From: Balanoglossus misakiensis
Lineage: Eukaryota; Animalia; Hemichordata
Length of the DNA: 64,000 nt
Reading direction: 5' to 3'
Assembly (NCBI GenBank): GCA_040954595.2
Contig: CM082580.2
Coordinates: 7,976,390 to 8,040,389 of the forward strand
Shown here: positions 1-13,600 of the stretch, piece by piece
Layout: every line of letters begins with the position of its first letter
Numbering within the stretch: position 1 is the stretch's first letter
Program-made: the position numbers and the translations under genes
The notes under the pieces: model-generated
Seen by the model: only the letters and a program-made list of their open reading frames with translations
The model's database searches: none
What the model was told of the DNA's origin: nothing

Positions 1-1099
1 ATTTGAAAGATTTAAGCCCTGTCTCACCCGAGAAGAATGATTGTTATTCATGCTAGGCGGTATGCTACAATATGCCTCTCTAAAAACACATTTAGCCATT
101 AAGGTGTATTGACTAACACAACGTTATCGCCATCATTTCAAACGCACAAATTCACCCAATTATCTACATCAAAACACGGCCACATACACGTGGGTAGGAG
201 GCCTGAGGCGAGGGGCTATGAAGGTTGTGGCGAGCGAACTGGGTTTTTCGAGTACCTTCGTGAAATCACTCAAAACGAGGAAAGTGTTAAATTTGGCGAG
301 AATATAACAAGATACACACGCATTTTGTTTACGTTGTCGTTGGTGCCGTAATTAACATCGCCACGCAAGTCATTTCGTGGCATAAAAGATGAGCTGTTGT
401 ACGTAATGCATTATTCAGCACGGTTGCTAGGAAACGTGTCGTCGTGACAATGTATGTACCACCATAGCGTTTCATTACTCCAGACCTGCTTAATTTCCAA
501 TGGCATATTTCCTGTGTCATTATCGCTAATTAACGCTTTTAGAAACGTGTGAAAATGGGGGACTATGCAAACTGGACATCGTGTGACCGTTTCCTTTCTA
601 GTCATATTCTTTGTGGACGCGAAATTTTCATTGCTAATTCCCCCCTCAAATTCCGCGCAAATGATATCTGTTGACTTTGCCTATAACGGGTGTGTCTGCA
701 TTTGTGTGAAAAAAGCTACTCTTTTCACAAAACGCGTTGAATCACCACTGTGGGAGATACGCAGATACATAGATACGCAAACTAAGTACAAAAAAAGACT
801 CCTATCCATACACACATTTGGATTTATAATCAAGATTAAGTCTCAAGTGTGTGGGTTACAATTTTTTAAACTTCGTTTACGTTCAAGCCACGAGCTGCGA
901 TAATTTCTGCAGTAAAACCAAACGAGTCCACGTTCAGCACCTTTTGAGCTCCTTTCATTGTCACATAGAACTCTTATATAATTCACGCATAACACTTGAC
1001 AGCTTTGCCATGATTCATTATAATGTTAACAATCAGTCAGCAGAGTACATGTAACAGGTTGTATATACTAAGACACTCCAACAAGACTAAACCTTAACT

Positions 1100-1163
1100 C
1101 ATGTGTTCCTCGTCGAACTATACACATTTCGCTTCGCTTCGTTCTTTTTGTTTGCCGGAACCG
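1100..1163 (+). other. Putative 5' UTR exon of the acidic-protein gene (5' boundary approximate)
   Basis: Strong donor CCG|GTGAGT at 1163/1164 upstream of the acceptor at 2208; no convincing coding content. Confidence 0.35.
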
Positions 1164-2221
1164 GTGAGTATGGGCACATTTCTATCGAGGGAGGGGGGAG
1201 GTCGAGTCACTGTGTTTGCTACCATCAATTTCCGTTAATTTTCTTTGCTTTGACGCGAAGATGACGACTTGGCTAAAGGATTACGTCACCTGACAGGATT
1301 AACATGTAACCTCTCACCATAGACAGTAGAGGTCTATGGTCAAAATAAGAAGCTGTCCCTCTCTGAAGACAAATGCCATTGGTGCCACCAGCGATCATTT
1401 GTTTTAAGACACATTGTGTTTATCTAGAAGAGTACTAAATCATGACACCTGCCGAATAAAAGTGTTTAACTATAGAAACAAGTCTTTCTCTACAAGCAAC
1501 CCCTGATTTATGAGTTTGCAAGATAGATGGTCATGTCTTTCTGCAAAATCACCATATGAACCACATGCTCTTGCATAACGAATAAGCTGGGGGATGTATA
1601 CTCCATAGCCTTAGGTTGGTGAGAGTGTAATATCGCTGTCAAGGTGCGGACAATTGATGAGGGTAAAGCTTAAATCCTCTCAATTGCCACACGGCCTGGT
1701 AGAAAGGTGACCTTTATAGTTTAGAGTCAAATTCAAGAAAAAAACATTCAGTTGTCCCAAGAAAGTCACCCGCGAGATTTTTGAACCATCTTCCGTTCCC
1801 GACGTTGCCATACGCTCGTTGCTATCCATAAACGTACAACACGGTGTGTGATTGAAACTTGTCGTTCAGTGATTTGAGCACACCCACGTTGAAAGCCGGC
1901 AACAAGTTTAATCCTTTCTACTCAAAATAAGTGAATTTATTCTGTGCTGTTTTCGGTTCGCTGCACAAGAACAGGATGAAAACAACCTAATTAATCGTGC
2001 AGAAATCCGATGATCCACAGAGCCTAGGGTCTATGGATGATCATATTTTATTAATCATAATCAACTTAAAAAAATATTTGTATCATGAAAATTTGATTTA
2101 CAAGGGTAGTATCATAAAATATTCAAATCAATTTGTGTATACGACTTATACACCACGTTTTGTCTATTGTTGCTTGACACTGTTTATCTTTTTTTATTCT
2201 TAATGAAGGTGTCGGGCGAAA

Positions 2222-5200
2222 ATGGCCGAGATAAACACAGACAATATCGAAGTAGGCTTTTCAAGCGGAGCAGCAGAAGTCGAACCCCGCAAGGAGACTT
2301 ACAACTCTGCGTACAACGTATATGCACAGGTAAATGCAAGTAGAATAGATTTACGACAGGGGCATTGGATAGATGGCCAAACACACGGGTACGCGATCCA
2401 CACACATCGGAAATAATCGGATCTTTATCAAGGCAAAAACTCAGAGTCCTAGCTGTAGTTTGAATGGATCAGATGAGTTGAATTAACCCGGAAGAGCTGA
2501 GAAGAAGTTTGTTTTCCAGTAACGTAAAAGTACTCCCTTTCGTATGAGCTTAATAGAATTTGTTTGTTTGTTTGTTTGTTTGTTTGTTACCGCTCGGGTA
2601 TCTCAAGAACAGCTGATCAGGTTGAAATCAGTATTTTATCAGCTCAAAATGTTGTTGTTTTCTAGACAATAGTGACGTCGTTTGCCCACTGCTCTGACCT
2701 TGTCGTTTCGACGACTCTGGGATTACGCATCCTTGCGCACGATCCTGAAATTGCTGCGCAGAGACGGGTCACTTTAAATACCCCGGGGGCAGCCCAGACG
2801 CCCTGCAGTTGTATCTACAGAAGGTCGTGTCATTAGCCGAGGGCTGTGCAGACGCCCCGTGGCTGCGCGCGTACATAGCTGATTGCGTCTGCGTACATAG
2901 TCGGTCACTTTTCTGAGAAATTGTTTCGGCCGCCTATCCATCCTACAGGAAGGAGCTTTCCCCTGGTACTTCATTATGTGTAATGGAAAAATAAATCAGT
3001 TGATTTCATCCGATGTAAACGGAATTCGGACCGCACGGCACGTCGCAAATGCCCGTAAAGAATTTCAAATAATTTTATTTCACCAAGGTATGACGACTAC
3101 ATTGTACTTTATCCGCGGTGAGTCGGGCAGCACAAAACTAGTGTAGGCCTACAACTGAAGACGTTTGCGACATCGTTGCCTTCAATGGGAACAATCAAAT
3201 TAGCACAATCCAGTTAGACTTCCCCCAAGTGCCGTCTGCCGGGTCCTCGTCGGCATTCGAGATCCCCGTTCGAGCAATTATGACGAGAATCTTTGGCCTA
3301 CCTGGGAAATAAAATGACACACGCTGACTATAGCAGCAATCTATGGACGAGAAGGCGCCCAATGCAAGAAGTCACGTGAATGCGGTATAAGCAAATTACA
3401 CGTCGTGCCTTTATACGTAGCAATTTGTATTTGACACCACTTTTCAATCGAAAATGACTTTTGTGTATGGGGCAAGAATACAAAAAATCTTCTTTTATCT
3501 ATACATATATTTTATGAGTTCAAACTACCCAAAGACCTATTGCCATAACCTATACGTTTCCGTATTTGAACAAAATGCGATTCTCAATATGGCTGACACA
3601 GAAACTATCGTCTGGTCCACATACCGTTTATTTGATGCACTAAAGAAACTCATTCCCACCACAATGAAATGTCAAGTAGCGTCATGAGGGGCATCTTCTG
3701 TTAATTGCTGCAGATCGGGCGTGACCTTCACGATATTTTTCAGCTGACCCGTTTTATACGCAAGTAACGCAGAGTATAGTTGTTGCCCCCGAAAGCCGTC
3801 ACTGGGGCTGGCGCCGAGACCACCCTTCTTTTCATTTCATTTCATTTCATTGGAGAATGGCGCCGGGCGCGGGCTCTAAAATTTGTGTGGCACGACGGTG
3901 AGGACGTACGGAATTGAAAACACGCGATTGCTGGTCTCCAAGTGTGGCAATGATTCGTGTGAGCCGCCCTGACTAAAAATCCCAAAGCCGCCTCTTAGAG
4001 TCATCTTTTACATCCTTCAAAGAAACCAATTTTAAACACTTTTTTCCCTTCTCTTATAAACTTTGTTTTTTTTTATTTACATGTACTGTCTCCTCTAGGA
4101 TGTTAATTTGTCTGACGAGGGTACTGTGAGGGCACGCGAGATGGACGATATTGAGAAAGAAGAAAAACATGGGTTTCAGGATATTGTGCTGACATCTATG
4201 GAAAAGTACGTAAGCATCCTTTGCCTTGCGTGGATTTTAAGTGGTCCCTGTGAATGAATGAATGAACGAATGTATGAATGATTGATTGAATGAATGAATG
4301 AATGAATGGGTGGATGGGTGGATGTTATTATCGTAAACATGAATTGCGAATTAAGAACTTTCTAATGCGATATTGCTATATTAGACTACATTACGTACTT
4401 TCACATTACTTTGACAGGAAAGAGGGGCCGAGTTCCCATGACGACGAGTGTGACAACAAAGAGACGGAACAAGGTATGTGATTAGAATGATCGTTTTTAA
4501 ATCACAGAAAGTTCAGTTTGTATATGCATTCTGTATAAGATGACAGTGTCACACGGACATGTCAGCATTAACCTTTTCACCCCCAGTATCCTCTTTAGAG
4601 GTCCAGCCTTACCATAGAGAACAATTGGTTTGGACTGAACCAAGTGGTGAAAGGGTTAAGGAAGGATGGTCGATCAACTTTTCCATCAAATATGAGACAG
4701 AGCGTGTAAAAGTAATTTTACCTGTTTGTTTTTTATGTCGTAGACGAGACTCAAATGGCCAGCGAGGAATTCATTGATGAGAAACTTGGCAGCTTGTCCG
4801 AAGAAGAGAAGAAGATGTTACAAAAGGTAAAACAATTATCATTAACAACACAAAATTAATAATAGCGCTTGGTTTTAGAAACACAGTGTGCGTCCGAACC
4901 GTTACTCGTCATCGGGTTTCAATGTCGTCTGTTACACGATCAACATATTGTGAACTTAGACCGCAAAGTAGTAGAACGTCAAATTCTGACTTGGTCGACT
5001 GATTATCTTAATTTAATCGGTTATTGTACATCTGTTTAACCTCTCCCCGGTATATTTTTGGATGCAAACTCCGTTCGGATGTTAAGAGTCTAGAAGGACT
5101 GATAGTGGTTCTGTTTGACCCGCATAACCAGCACGGCTATAAATAAGAGACTTCAAAAGCGCCGAGAAAACCCAGAGGACACTTGAACTTATTGAGCTGT

Positions 5201-6358
5201 TGTTTTCTTGAGTGGGTACTCACTTCGAAAATCAAAATCTAAAACGTTAAGTCGTATTTTGCTCGATTCCTTCAAGTTAAACCCGACAGAGAAATCAGAG
5301 GGCGCTTAGTTCGCATTTTGAATAATAGACAACGAACAAACGATGACTGAGTTAGAATTTTGATTCATTGGTGACGCCCCCCCCCCCAGGCGAGAGGGGG
5401 TGGGGGCTGGGGCTTATCCGCCTCTGTCTATAAACATGTACCTTATGTTTCCTTGAAATTCAAGTCTCCGAAAAACTGACGTAGTGCAGAATCAATTCTG
5501 TCGTCGTCCAAAATCGATTCTTTACATCTAATGTTTTAGTCACGAAATGAATCCAAATAATTTCCTGGAACAATCAATGCAGCCGTTCCGTGTAACCGAT
5601 TAATCGATTGTCATTGAACTCCTGTGAGGTGCATGGACCCGCGCGCACCATGTAAATCCCGAGACAACCGTAAGTAGTTCATACAAGACTAGTGATGACA
5701 AATGTTTGTCGGAAATGCAATAAATACAGTAGTCCATTTTTCCTTAAAAGGGAATTTTGTTCAATCACGGGTTGTCTGTATTATACCGAACGCGTATGCG
5801 GTGCACACCCCTTTTTCATTGAAATATTTGCCATTTTAATCAATTTTGCTTTATAAGATCAATCTGATAACGAGTATGCGCCTAACCCTCAACTCTGGTG
5901 GGCTACCTGTAATGAACACAATCCAGATCACAGCCCTCCCTCCCTACCCCCCCCCCTTCAATCGGAGGCCTCAAAGAAGTTCCACGATTGATTCTATTGT
6001 CTATGTGGGCACAACTACTCTGGACAATCCTTCTTTCAGCCGTTCAGTATTACTGCTAAATGTCGGGGGTGTGTGCTGGGAATGCCGGGACGGCGCTATA
6101 TACTAAAAGCCCCCCAGAGTCAACTTTTTAATGGCGGTTACCAATTAATGCTATGAATATCAATATTGTGCTTTTAAAGTCAAACCCGCCACTTAAAGCG
6201 GTCCGTGACATCACAACGACGTCATACCCGAAGGCTGCTTTAAATAGTAATTGTTTGTGTTTCTTTTGCAGTTGCGCAAAGTCGTGGAGTTGTGCACCCA
6301 AGCGGAACCAATCAAGCGACCGACCTCGAGTGAAATCCTGGAACTGCTGCAAATGTAG
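2222..6358 (+). CDS. Spliced gene for an uncharacterised 146-aa acidic protein ending in a kinase-subdomain-XI-like helix. Exons: 2222-2329, 4099-4205, 4418-4473, 4744-4826, 6272-6358
   Basis: Five exons with GT donors and pyrimidine-rich AG acceptors join in frame (phases 0,2,1,0; 441 nt): MAEINTDNIEVGFSSGAAEVEPRKETYNSAYNVYAQ|DVNLSDEGTVRAREMDDIEKEEKHGFQDIVLTSMEK|KEGPSSHDDECDNKETEQ|DETQMASEEFIDEKLGSLSEEEKKMLQK|LRKVVELCTQAEPIKRPTSSEILELLQM*. ATG context is AAAATGG. An acceptor AG at 2207-2208 just before the ATG means upstream exons exist, so the true start could lie further 5'. Confidence 0.75.
2559..2587. repeat. (TTTG)n microsatellite
   Basis: About 7 copies read directly. Confidence 0.9.
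4251..4324. repeat. Imperfect (GAAT)n/(GGAT)n microsatellite
   Basis: Read directly; intronic. Confidence 0.85.
4572..4655. mobile_element. 84-bp piggyBac-like MITE with TTAA target-site duplication
   Basis: TTAA|CCTTTTCACC...GGTGAAAGGG|TTAA (10-bp TIR, 1 mismatch; TTAA at 4568-4571 and 4656-4659), plus internal inverted GTCCAGCC/GGTTTGGAC. CC(C)...GGG ends with TTAA are typical of piggyBac. Confidence 0.65.
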
Positions 6359-7646
6359 TCCTTTCAGCGCGGATGTCACCGGAAACCGCCAAATGCTACT
6401 TGTGACGACATTGAGGGAGTTCCGCTTGACGTGCACCTTTCACTGTGTGGCCTGTGAAACGTATTCAACTGACAGCACTTATAAGTTGTTACAAGTTTTA
6501 TATTCTCGTGAAATGTAATTTACAGCTGTTGCGCTTTGTGTCAACCATGCCCGGAATAGGCCTATGCGGCACGACATTGAAATATCGATCCAGCAGCGCC
6601 TATTAAAGTTTAATGCCTATCCCATCGAATCGAAACTTTTACCTGTACTTATCTATCATCAAGAATTTTGATATACACAGCTTTATTTCAACATTCACCA
6701 TGATGCGCCTCTGTGTTACACTAGATAAGAAATATACATTTCGGAATGATGGCGACTATGAAAATAATTCGATTGAACTAATAATATATTATATAGAGAT
6801 CTGTAATGGTTTATTAGTTCATCATAAGCAAATCGGATTTTGATACACTATATTTATGGAAGAAGTAGTGTGTAACTTTTGATAGTTTTGTTGTCGGTAT
6901 TACATTTGCCAGCCTTACATTTTGGAAATATTTCTGATAGGTACATTTCGATTTGAACAACGTCGAAACACGCATGTGGGTGTTTCTATACTGCCAGTGA
7001 AGTATAAAGTGCTATATAAATGAATTATAATCCGGATACAAAGATGCTCCAACAACATCTTGATAAATGTCATATATACACCCATGGCTTCAACACTCCG
7101 ACAGAATGTCAAATGTTATGCCACTATAGTGCTGACAACTCTTCAGACATCGCATCAGGCTTTGCAGTCAAAGTGCCAAGACTTATATACTTCGTGCCTT
7201 TTTGTTAAATGTTCAAGTTTCAATATTGCAATAAAGCCTGTCTTTTGATAAATGGTAAAATGCGATTTCGACTTTTTATTGTCTTATATGTCGTCACTGT
7301 CCAGCATTTGATGTTTGCTGAAAAAGGTCTCTTTATAACAAATCTGCCTAAGGAGACCGTAAAAGCAACGTTGTGCAAACCTTCTTACTTTAAGACTCGG
7401 TTAACTCAAACGTTAACGTTAGCATAGAAGGGCTTGTTCGACACAAAACTGGGACGGGTTTAACCATTTTACTATATACACAGAGCAAATCTACGGGCGT
7501 AACGAGAAAACACGCCAATAAGGCTTAGATCGAGAACAAACGTACAATGCATTTAGCCACTCGCATTAAAACGCGAGAAAACGTCTGATTCGAATGTCGA
7601 ATCCCAGCGTAACAGAAGTACGTCTGTTTTCATCACATTAGGCCTA

Positions 7647-10600
7647 TAGCTCATGAAAATCATCAAAAATTGACAATTTTTCGAGTTTGTGAAATTGCAA
7701 AATTTAATCATTTTTTTAAAAAAGCATGGGTTATAGCCCATGAAAATCATCCAAAAATGACAATTTATCGACTTTCCGAAATATCAAAATTTCTTCATTT
7801 TTTTGAAAAAACTATGGGTTATAGCCCATGAAAATCATCCAAAAATGACAATTTTTCGACTTTCCGAAATATCAAAAATTTCTTCATTTTTTTGAAAAAA
7901 GCATGGGTTATAGCCCATGAAAATCATCCAAAAATGACAATTTTTCGACTTTCCGAAATATCAAAATTTCTTCATTTTTTTTGAAAAAAGCATGGGTTAT
8001 AGCCCATGAAAATCATCCAAAAATGACAATTTTTCGACTTTCCGAAATATCAAAATTTCTTCATTTTTTTGAAAAAACCATGGGTTATAGCCCATGAAAA
8101 TCATCCAAAAATGACAATTTTTCGACTTTCCGAAATATCAAAATTTCTTCATTTTTTTGAAAAAACCATGGGTTATAGCCCATGAAAATCATCCAAAAAT
8201 GACAATTTTTCGACTTTCCGAAATATCAAAATTTCTTCATTTTTTTGAAAAAACCATGGGTTATAGCCCATGAAAATCATCCAAAAATGACAATTTTTCG
8301 ACTTTCCGAAATATCAAAATTTCTTCATTTTTTTGAAAAAACCATGGGTTATAGCCCATGAAAATCATCCAAAAATGACAATTTTTCGACTTTCCGAAAT
8401 ATCAAAATTTCTTCATTTTTTTGAAAAAACCATGGGTTATAGCCCATGAAAATCATCCAAAAATGACAATTTTTCGACTTTCCGAAATATCAAAATTTCT
8501 TCATTTTTTTGAAAAAACCATGGGTTATAGCCCATGAAAATCATCCAAAAATGACAATTTTTCGACTTTCCGAAATATCAAAATTTCTTCATTTTTTTGA
8601 AAAAACCATGGGTTATAGCCCATGAAAATCATCCAAAAATGACAATTTTTCGATTTTTCGAAATATCAAAATTTCTTCATTTTTTTGAAAAAACCATGGG
8701 TTATAGCCCATGAAAATCATCCAAAAATGACAATTTTTCGACTTTCCGAAATATCAAAATTTCTTCATTTTTTTGAAAAAAGCATGGGTTATAGCCCATG
8801 AAAATCATCCAAAAATGACAATTTTTCGACTTTCAGAAATATCAAAATTTCTTCATTTTTTTGAAAAAACCATGGGTTATAGCCCATGAAAATCATCCAA
8901 AAATGACAATTTTTCGACTTTCCGAAATATCAAAATTTCTTCATTTTTTTGAAAAAACCATGGGTTATAGCCCATGAAAATCATCCAAAAATGACAATTT
9001 TTCGACTTTCCGAAATATCAAAATTTCTTCATTTTTTTGAAAAAACCATGGGTTATAGCCCATGAAAATCATCCAAAAATGACAATTTTTCGACTTTCCG
9101 AAATATCAAAATTTCTTCATTTTTTTGAAAAAACCATGGGTTATAGCCCATGAAAATCATCCAAAAATGACAATTTTTCGACTTTCCGAAATATCAAAAT
9201 TTCTTCATTTTTTTGAAAAAAGCATGGGTTATAGCCCATGAAAATCATCCAAAAATGACAATTTTTCGACTTTCCGAAATATCAAAATTTCTTCATTTTT
9301 TTGAAAAAAGCATGGGTTATAGCCCATGAAAATCATCCAAAAATGACAATTTTTCGACTTTCCGAAATATCAAAATTTCTTCATTTTTTTGAAAAAAGCA
9401 TGGGTTATAGCCCATGAAAATCATCCAAAAATGACAATTTTTCGACTTTCCGAAATATCAAAATTTCTTCATTTTTTTGAAAAAACCATGGGTTATAGCC
9501 CATGAAAATCATCCAAAAATGACAATTTTTCGACTTTCCGAAATATCAAAATTTCTTCATTTTTTTGAAAAAACCATGGGTTATAGCCCATGAAAATCAT
9601 CCAAAAATGACAATTTTTCGACTTTCCGAAATATCAAAATTTCTTCATTTTTTTGAAAAAACCATGGGTTATAGCCCATGAAAATCATCCAAAAATGACA
9701 ATTTTTCGACTTTCCGAAATATCAAAATTTCTTCATTTTTTTGAAAAAACCATGGGTTATAGCCCATGAAAATCATCCAAAAATGACAATTTTTCGACTT
9801 TCCGAAATATCAAAATTTCTTCATTTTTTTGAAAAAACCATGGGTTATAGCCCATGAAAATCATCCAAAAATGACAATTTTTCGACTTTCCGAAATATCA
9901 AAATTTCTTCATTTTTTTGAAAAAACCATGGGTTATAGCCCATGAAAATCATCCAAAAATGACAATTTTTCGACTTTCCGAAATATCAAAATTTCTTCAT
10001 TTTTTTGAAAAAAGCATGGGTTATAGCCCATGAAAATCATCCAAAAATGACAATTTTTCGACTTTCCGAAATATCAAAATTTCTTCATTTTTTTGAAAAA
10101 AGCATGGGTTATAGCCCATGAAAATCATCCAAAAATGACAATTTTTCGACTTTCCGAAATATCAAAATTTCTTCATTTTTTTGAAAAAAGCATGGGTTAT
10201 AGCCCATGAAAATCATCCAAAAATGACAATTTTTCGACTTTCCGAAATATCAAAATTTCTTCATTTTTTTGAAAAAACCATGGGTTATAGCCCATGAAAA
10301 TCATCCAAAAATGACAATTTTTCGACTTTCCGAAATATCAAAATTTCTTCATTTTTTTGAAAAAACCATGGGTTATAGCCCATGAAAATCATCCAAAAAT
10401 GACAATTTTTCGACTTTCCGAAATATCAAAATTTCTTCATTTTTTTGAAAAAACCATGGGTTATAGCCCATGAAAATCATCCAAAAATGACAATTTTTCG
10501 ACTTTCCGAAATATCAAAATTTCTTCATTTTTTTGAAAAAACCATGGGTTATAGCCCATGAAAATCATCCAAAAATGACAATTTTTCGACTTTCCGAAAT

Positions 10601-13600
10601 ATCAAAATTTCTTCATTTTTTTGAAAAAACCATGGGTTATAGCCCATGAAAATCATCCAAAAATGACAATTTTTCGACTTTCCGAAATATCAAAATTTCT
10701 TCATTTTCTTGAAAAAACCATGGGTTATAGCCCATGAAAATCATCCAAAAATGACAATTTTTCGACTTTCCGAAATATCAAAATTTCTTCATTTTTTTGA
10801 AAAAACCATGGGTTATAGCCCATGAAAATCATCCAAAAATGACAATTTTTCGACTTTCCGAAAAATCAAAATTTCTTCATTTTTTTGAAAAAACCATGGG
10901 TTATAGCCCATGAAAATCATCCAAAAATGACAATTTTTCGACTTTCCGAAATATCAAAATTTCTTCATTTTTTTGAAAAAACCATGGGTTATAGCCCATG
11001 AAAATCATCCAAAAATGACAATTTTTCGACTTTCCGAAATATCAAAATTTCTTCATTTTTTTGAAAAAACCATGGGTTATAGCCCATGAAAATCATCCAA
11101 AAATGACAATTTTTCGACTTTCCGAAAAATCAAAATTTCTTCATTTTTTTGAAAAAACCATGGGTTATAGCCCATGAAAATCATCCAAAAATGACAATTT
11201 TTCGACTTTCCGAAATATCAAAATTTCTTCATTTTTTTGAAAAAACCATGGGTTATAGCCCATGAAAATCATCCAAAAATGACAATTTTTCGACTTTCCG
11301 AAATATCAAAATTTCTTCATTTTTTTGAAAAAACCATGGGTTATAGCCCATGAAAATCATCCAAAAATGACAATTTTTCGACTTTCCGAAATATCAAAAT
11401 TTCTTCGTTTTTTTGAAAAAACCATGGGTTACAGCCCATGAAAATCATCCAAAAATGACAATTTTTCGACTTTCCGAAATATCAAAATTTCTTCATTTTT
11501 TTGAAAAAACCATGGGTTACAGCCCATGAAAATCATCCAAAAATGACAATTTTTCGACTTTCCGAAATATCAAAATTTCTTCATTTTTTTGAAAAAACCA
11601 TGGGTTATAGCCCATGAAAATCATCCAAAAATGACAATTTTTCGACTTTCCGAAATATCAAAATTTCTTCATTTTTTTGAAAAAACCATGGGTTATAGCC
11701 CATGAAAATCATCCAAAAATGACAATTTTTCGACTTTCCGAAATATCAAAATTTCTTCATTTTTTTGAAAAAACCATGGGTTATAGCCCATGAAAATCAT
11801 CCAAAAATGACAATTTTTCGACTTTCCGAAGTATCAAAATTTCTTCATTTTTTTGAAAAAACCATGGGTTATAGCCCATGAAAATCATCCAAAAATGACA
11901 ATTTTTCGACTTTCCGAAATATCAAAATTTCTTCGTTTTTTTGAAAAAACCATGGGTTATAGCCCATGAAAATCATCCAAAAATGACAATTTTTCGACTT
12001 TCCGAAATATCAAAATTTCTTCATTTTTTTGAAAAAACCATGGGTTATAGCCCATGAAAATCATCCAAAAATGACAATTTTTCGACTTTCCGAAATATCA
12101 AAATTTCTTCATTTTTTTGAAAAAACCATGGGTTATAGCCCATGAAAATCATCCAAAAATGACAATTTTTCGACTTTCCGAAATATCAAAATTTCTTCAT
12201 TTTTTTGAAAAAACCATGGGTTATAGCCCATGAAAATCATCCAAAAATGACAATTTTTCGACTTTCCGAAATATCAAAATTTCTTCATTTTTTTGAAAAA
12301 ACCATGGGTTATAGCCCATGAAAATCATCCAAAAATGACAATTTTTCGACTTTCCGAAATATCAAAATTTCTTCATTTTTTTGAAAAAAGCATGGGTTAT
12401 AGCCCATGAAAATCATCCAAAAATGACAATTTTTCGACTTTCCGAAATATCAAAATTTCTTCATTTTTTTGAAAAAAGCATGGGTTATAGCCCATGAAAA
12501 TCATCCAAAAATGACAATTTTTCGACTTTCCGAAATATCAAAATTTCTTCATTTTTTTGAAAAAAGCATGGGTTATAGCCCATGAAAATCATCCAAAAAT
12601 GACAATTTTTCGACTTTCCGAAATATCAAAATTTCTTCATTTTTTTGAAAAAAGCATGGGTTATAGCCCATGAAAATCATCCAAAAATGACAATTTTTCG
12701 ACTTTCCGAAATATCAAAATTTCTTCATTTTTTTGAAAAAAGCATGGGTTATAGCCCATGAAAATCGTCCAAAAATGACAATTTTTCGACTTTCCGAAAT
12801 ATCAAAATTTCTTCATTTTTTTGAAAAAAACCATGGGTTATAGCCCATGAAAATCGTCCAAAAATGACAATTTTTCGACTTTCCGAAATATCAAAATTTC
12901 TTCATTTTTTTGAAAAAACCATGGGTTATAGCCCATGAAAATCGTCCAAAAATGACAATTTTTCGACTTTCCGAAATATCAAAATTTCTTCATTTTTTTG
13001 AAAAAACCATGGGTTATAGCCCATGAAAATCATCCAAAAATGACAATTTTTCGACTTTCCGAAATATCAAAATTTCTTCATTTTTTTGAAAAAACCATGG
13101 GTTATAGCCCATGAAAATCATCCAAAAATGACAATTTTTCGACTTTCCGAAATATCAAAATTTTTTCATTTTTTTGAAAAAACCATGGGTTATAGCCCAT
13201 GAAAATCATCCAAAAATGACAATTTTTCGACTTTCCGAAATATCAAAATTTCTTCATTTTTTTGAAAAAACCATGGGTTATAGCCCATGAAAATCATCCA
13301 AAAATGACAATTTTTCGACTTTCCGAAATATCAAAATTTCTTCGTTTTTTTGAAAAAACCATGGGTTATAGCCCATGAAAATCATCCAAAAATGACAATT
13401 TTTCGACTTTCCGAAATATCAAAATTTCTTCATTTTTTTGAAAAAACCATTGGTTATAGCCCATGAAAATCATCCAAAAATGACAATTTTTCGACTTTCC
13501 GAAATATCAAAATTTCTTCATTTTTTTGAAAAAACCATGGGTTATAGCCCATGAAAATCATCCAAAAATGACAATTTTTCGACTTTCCGAAATATCAAAA

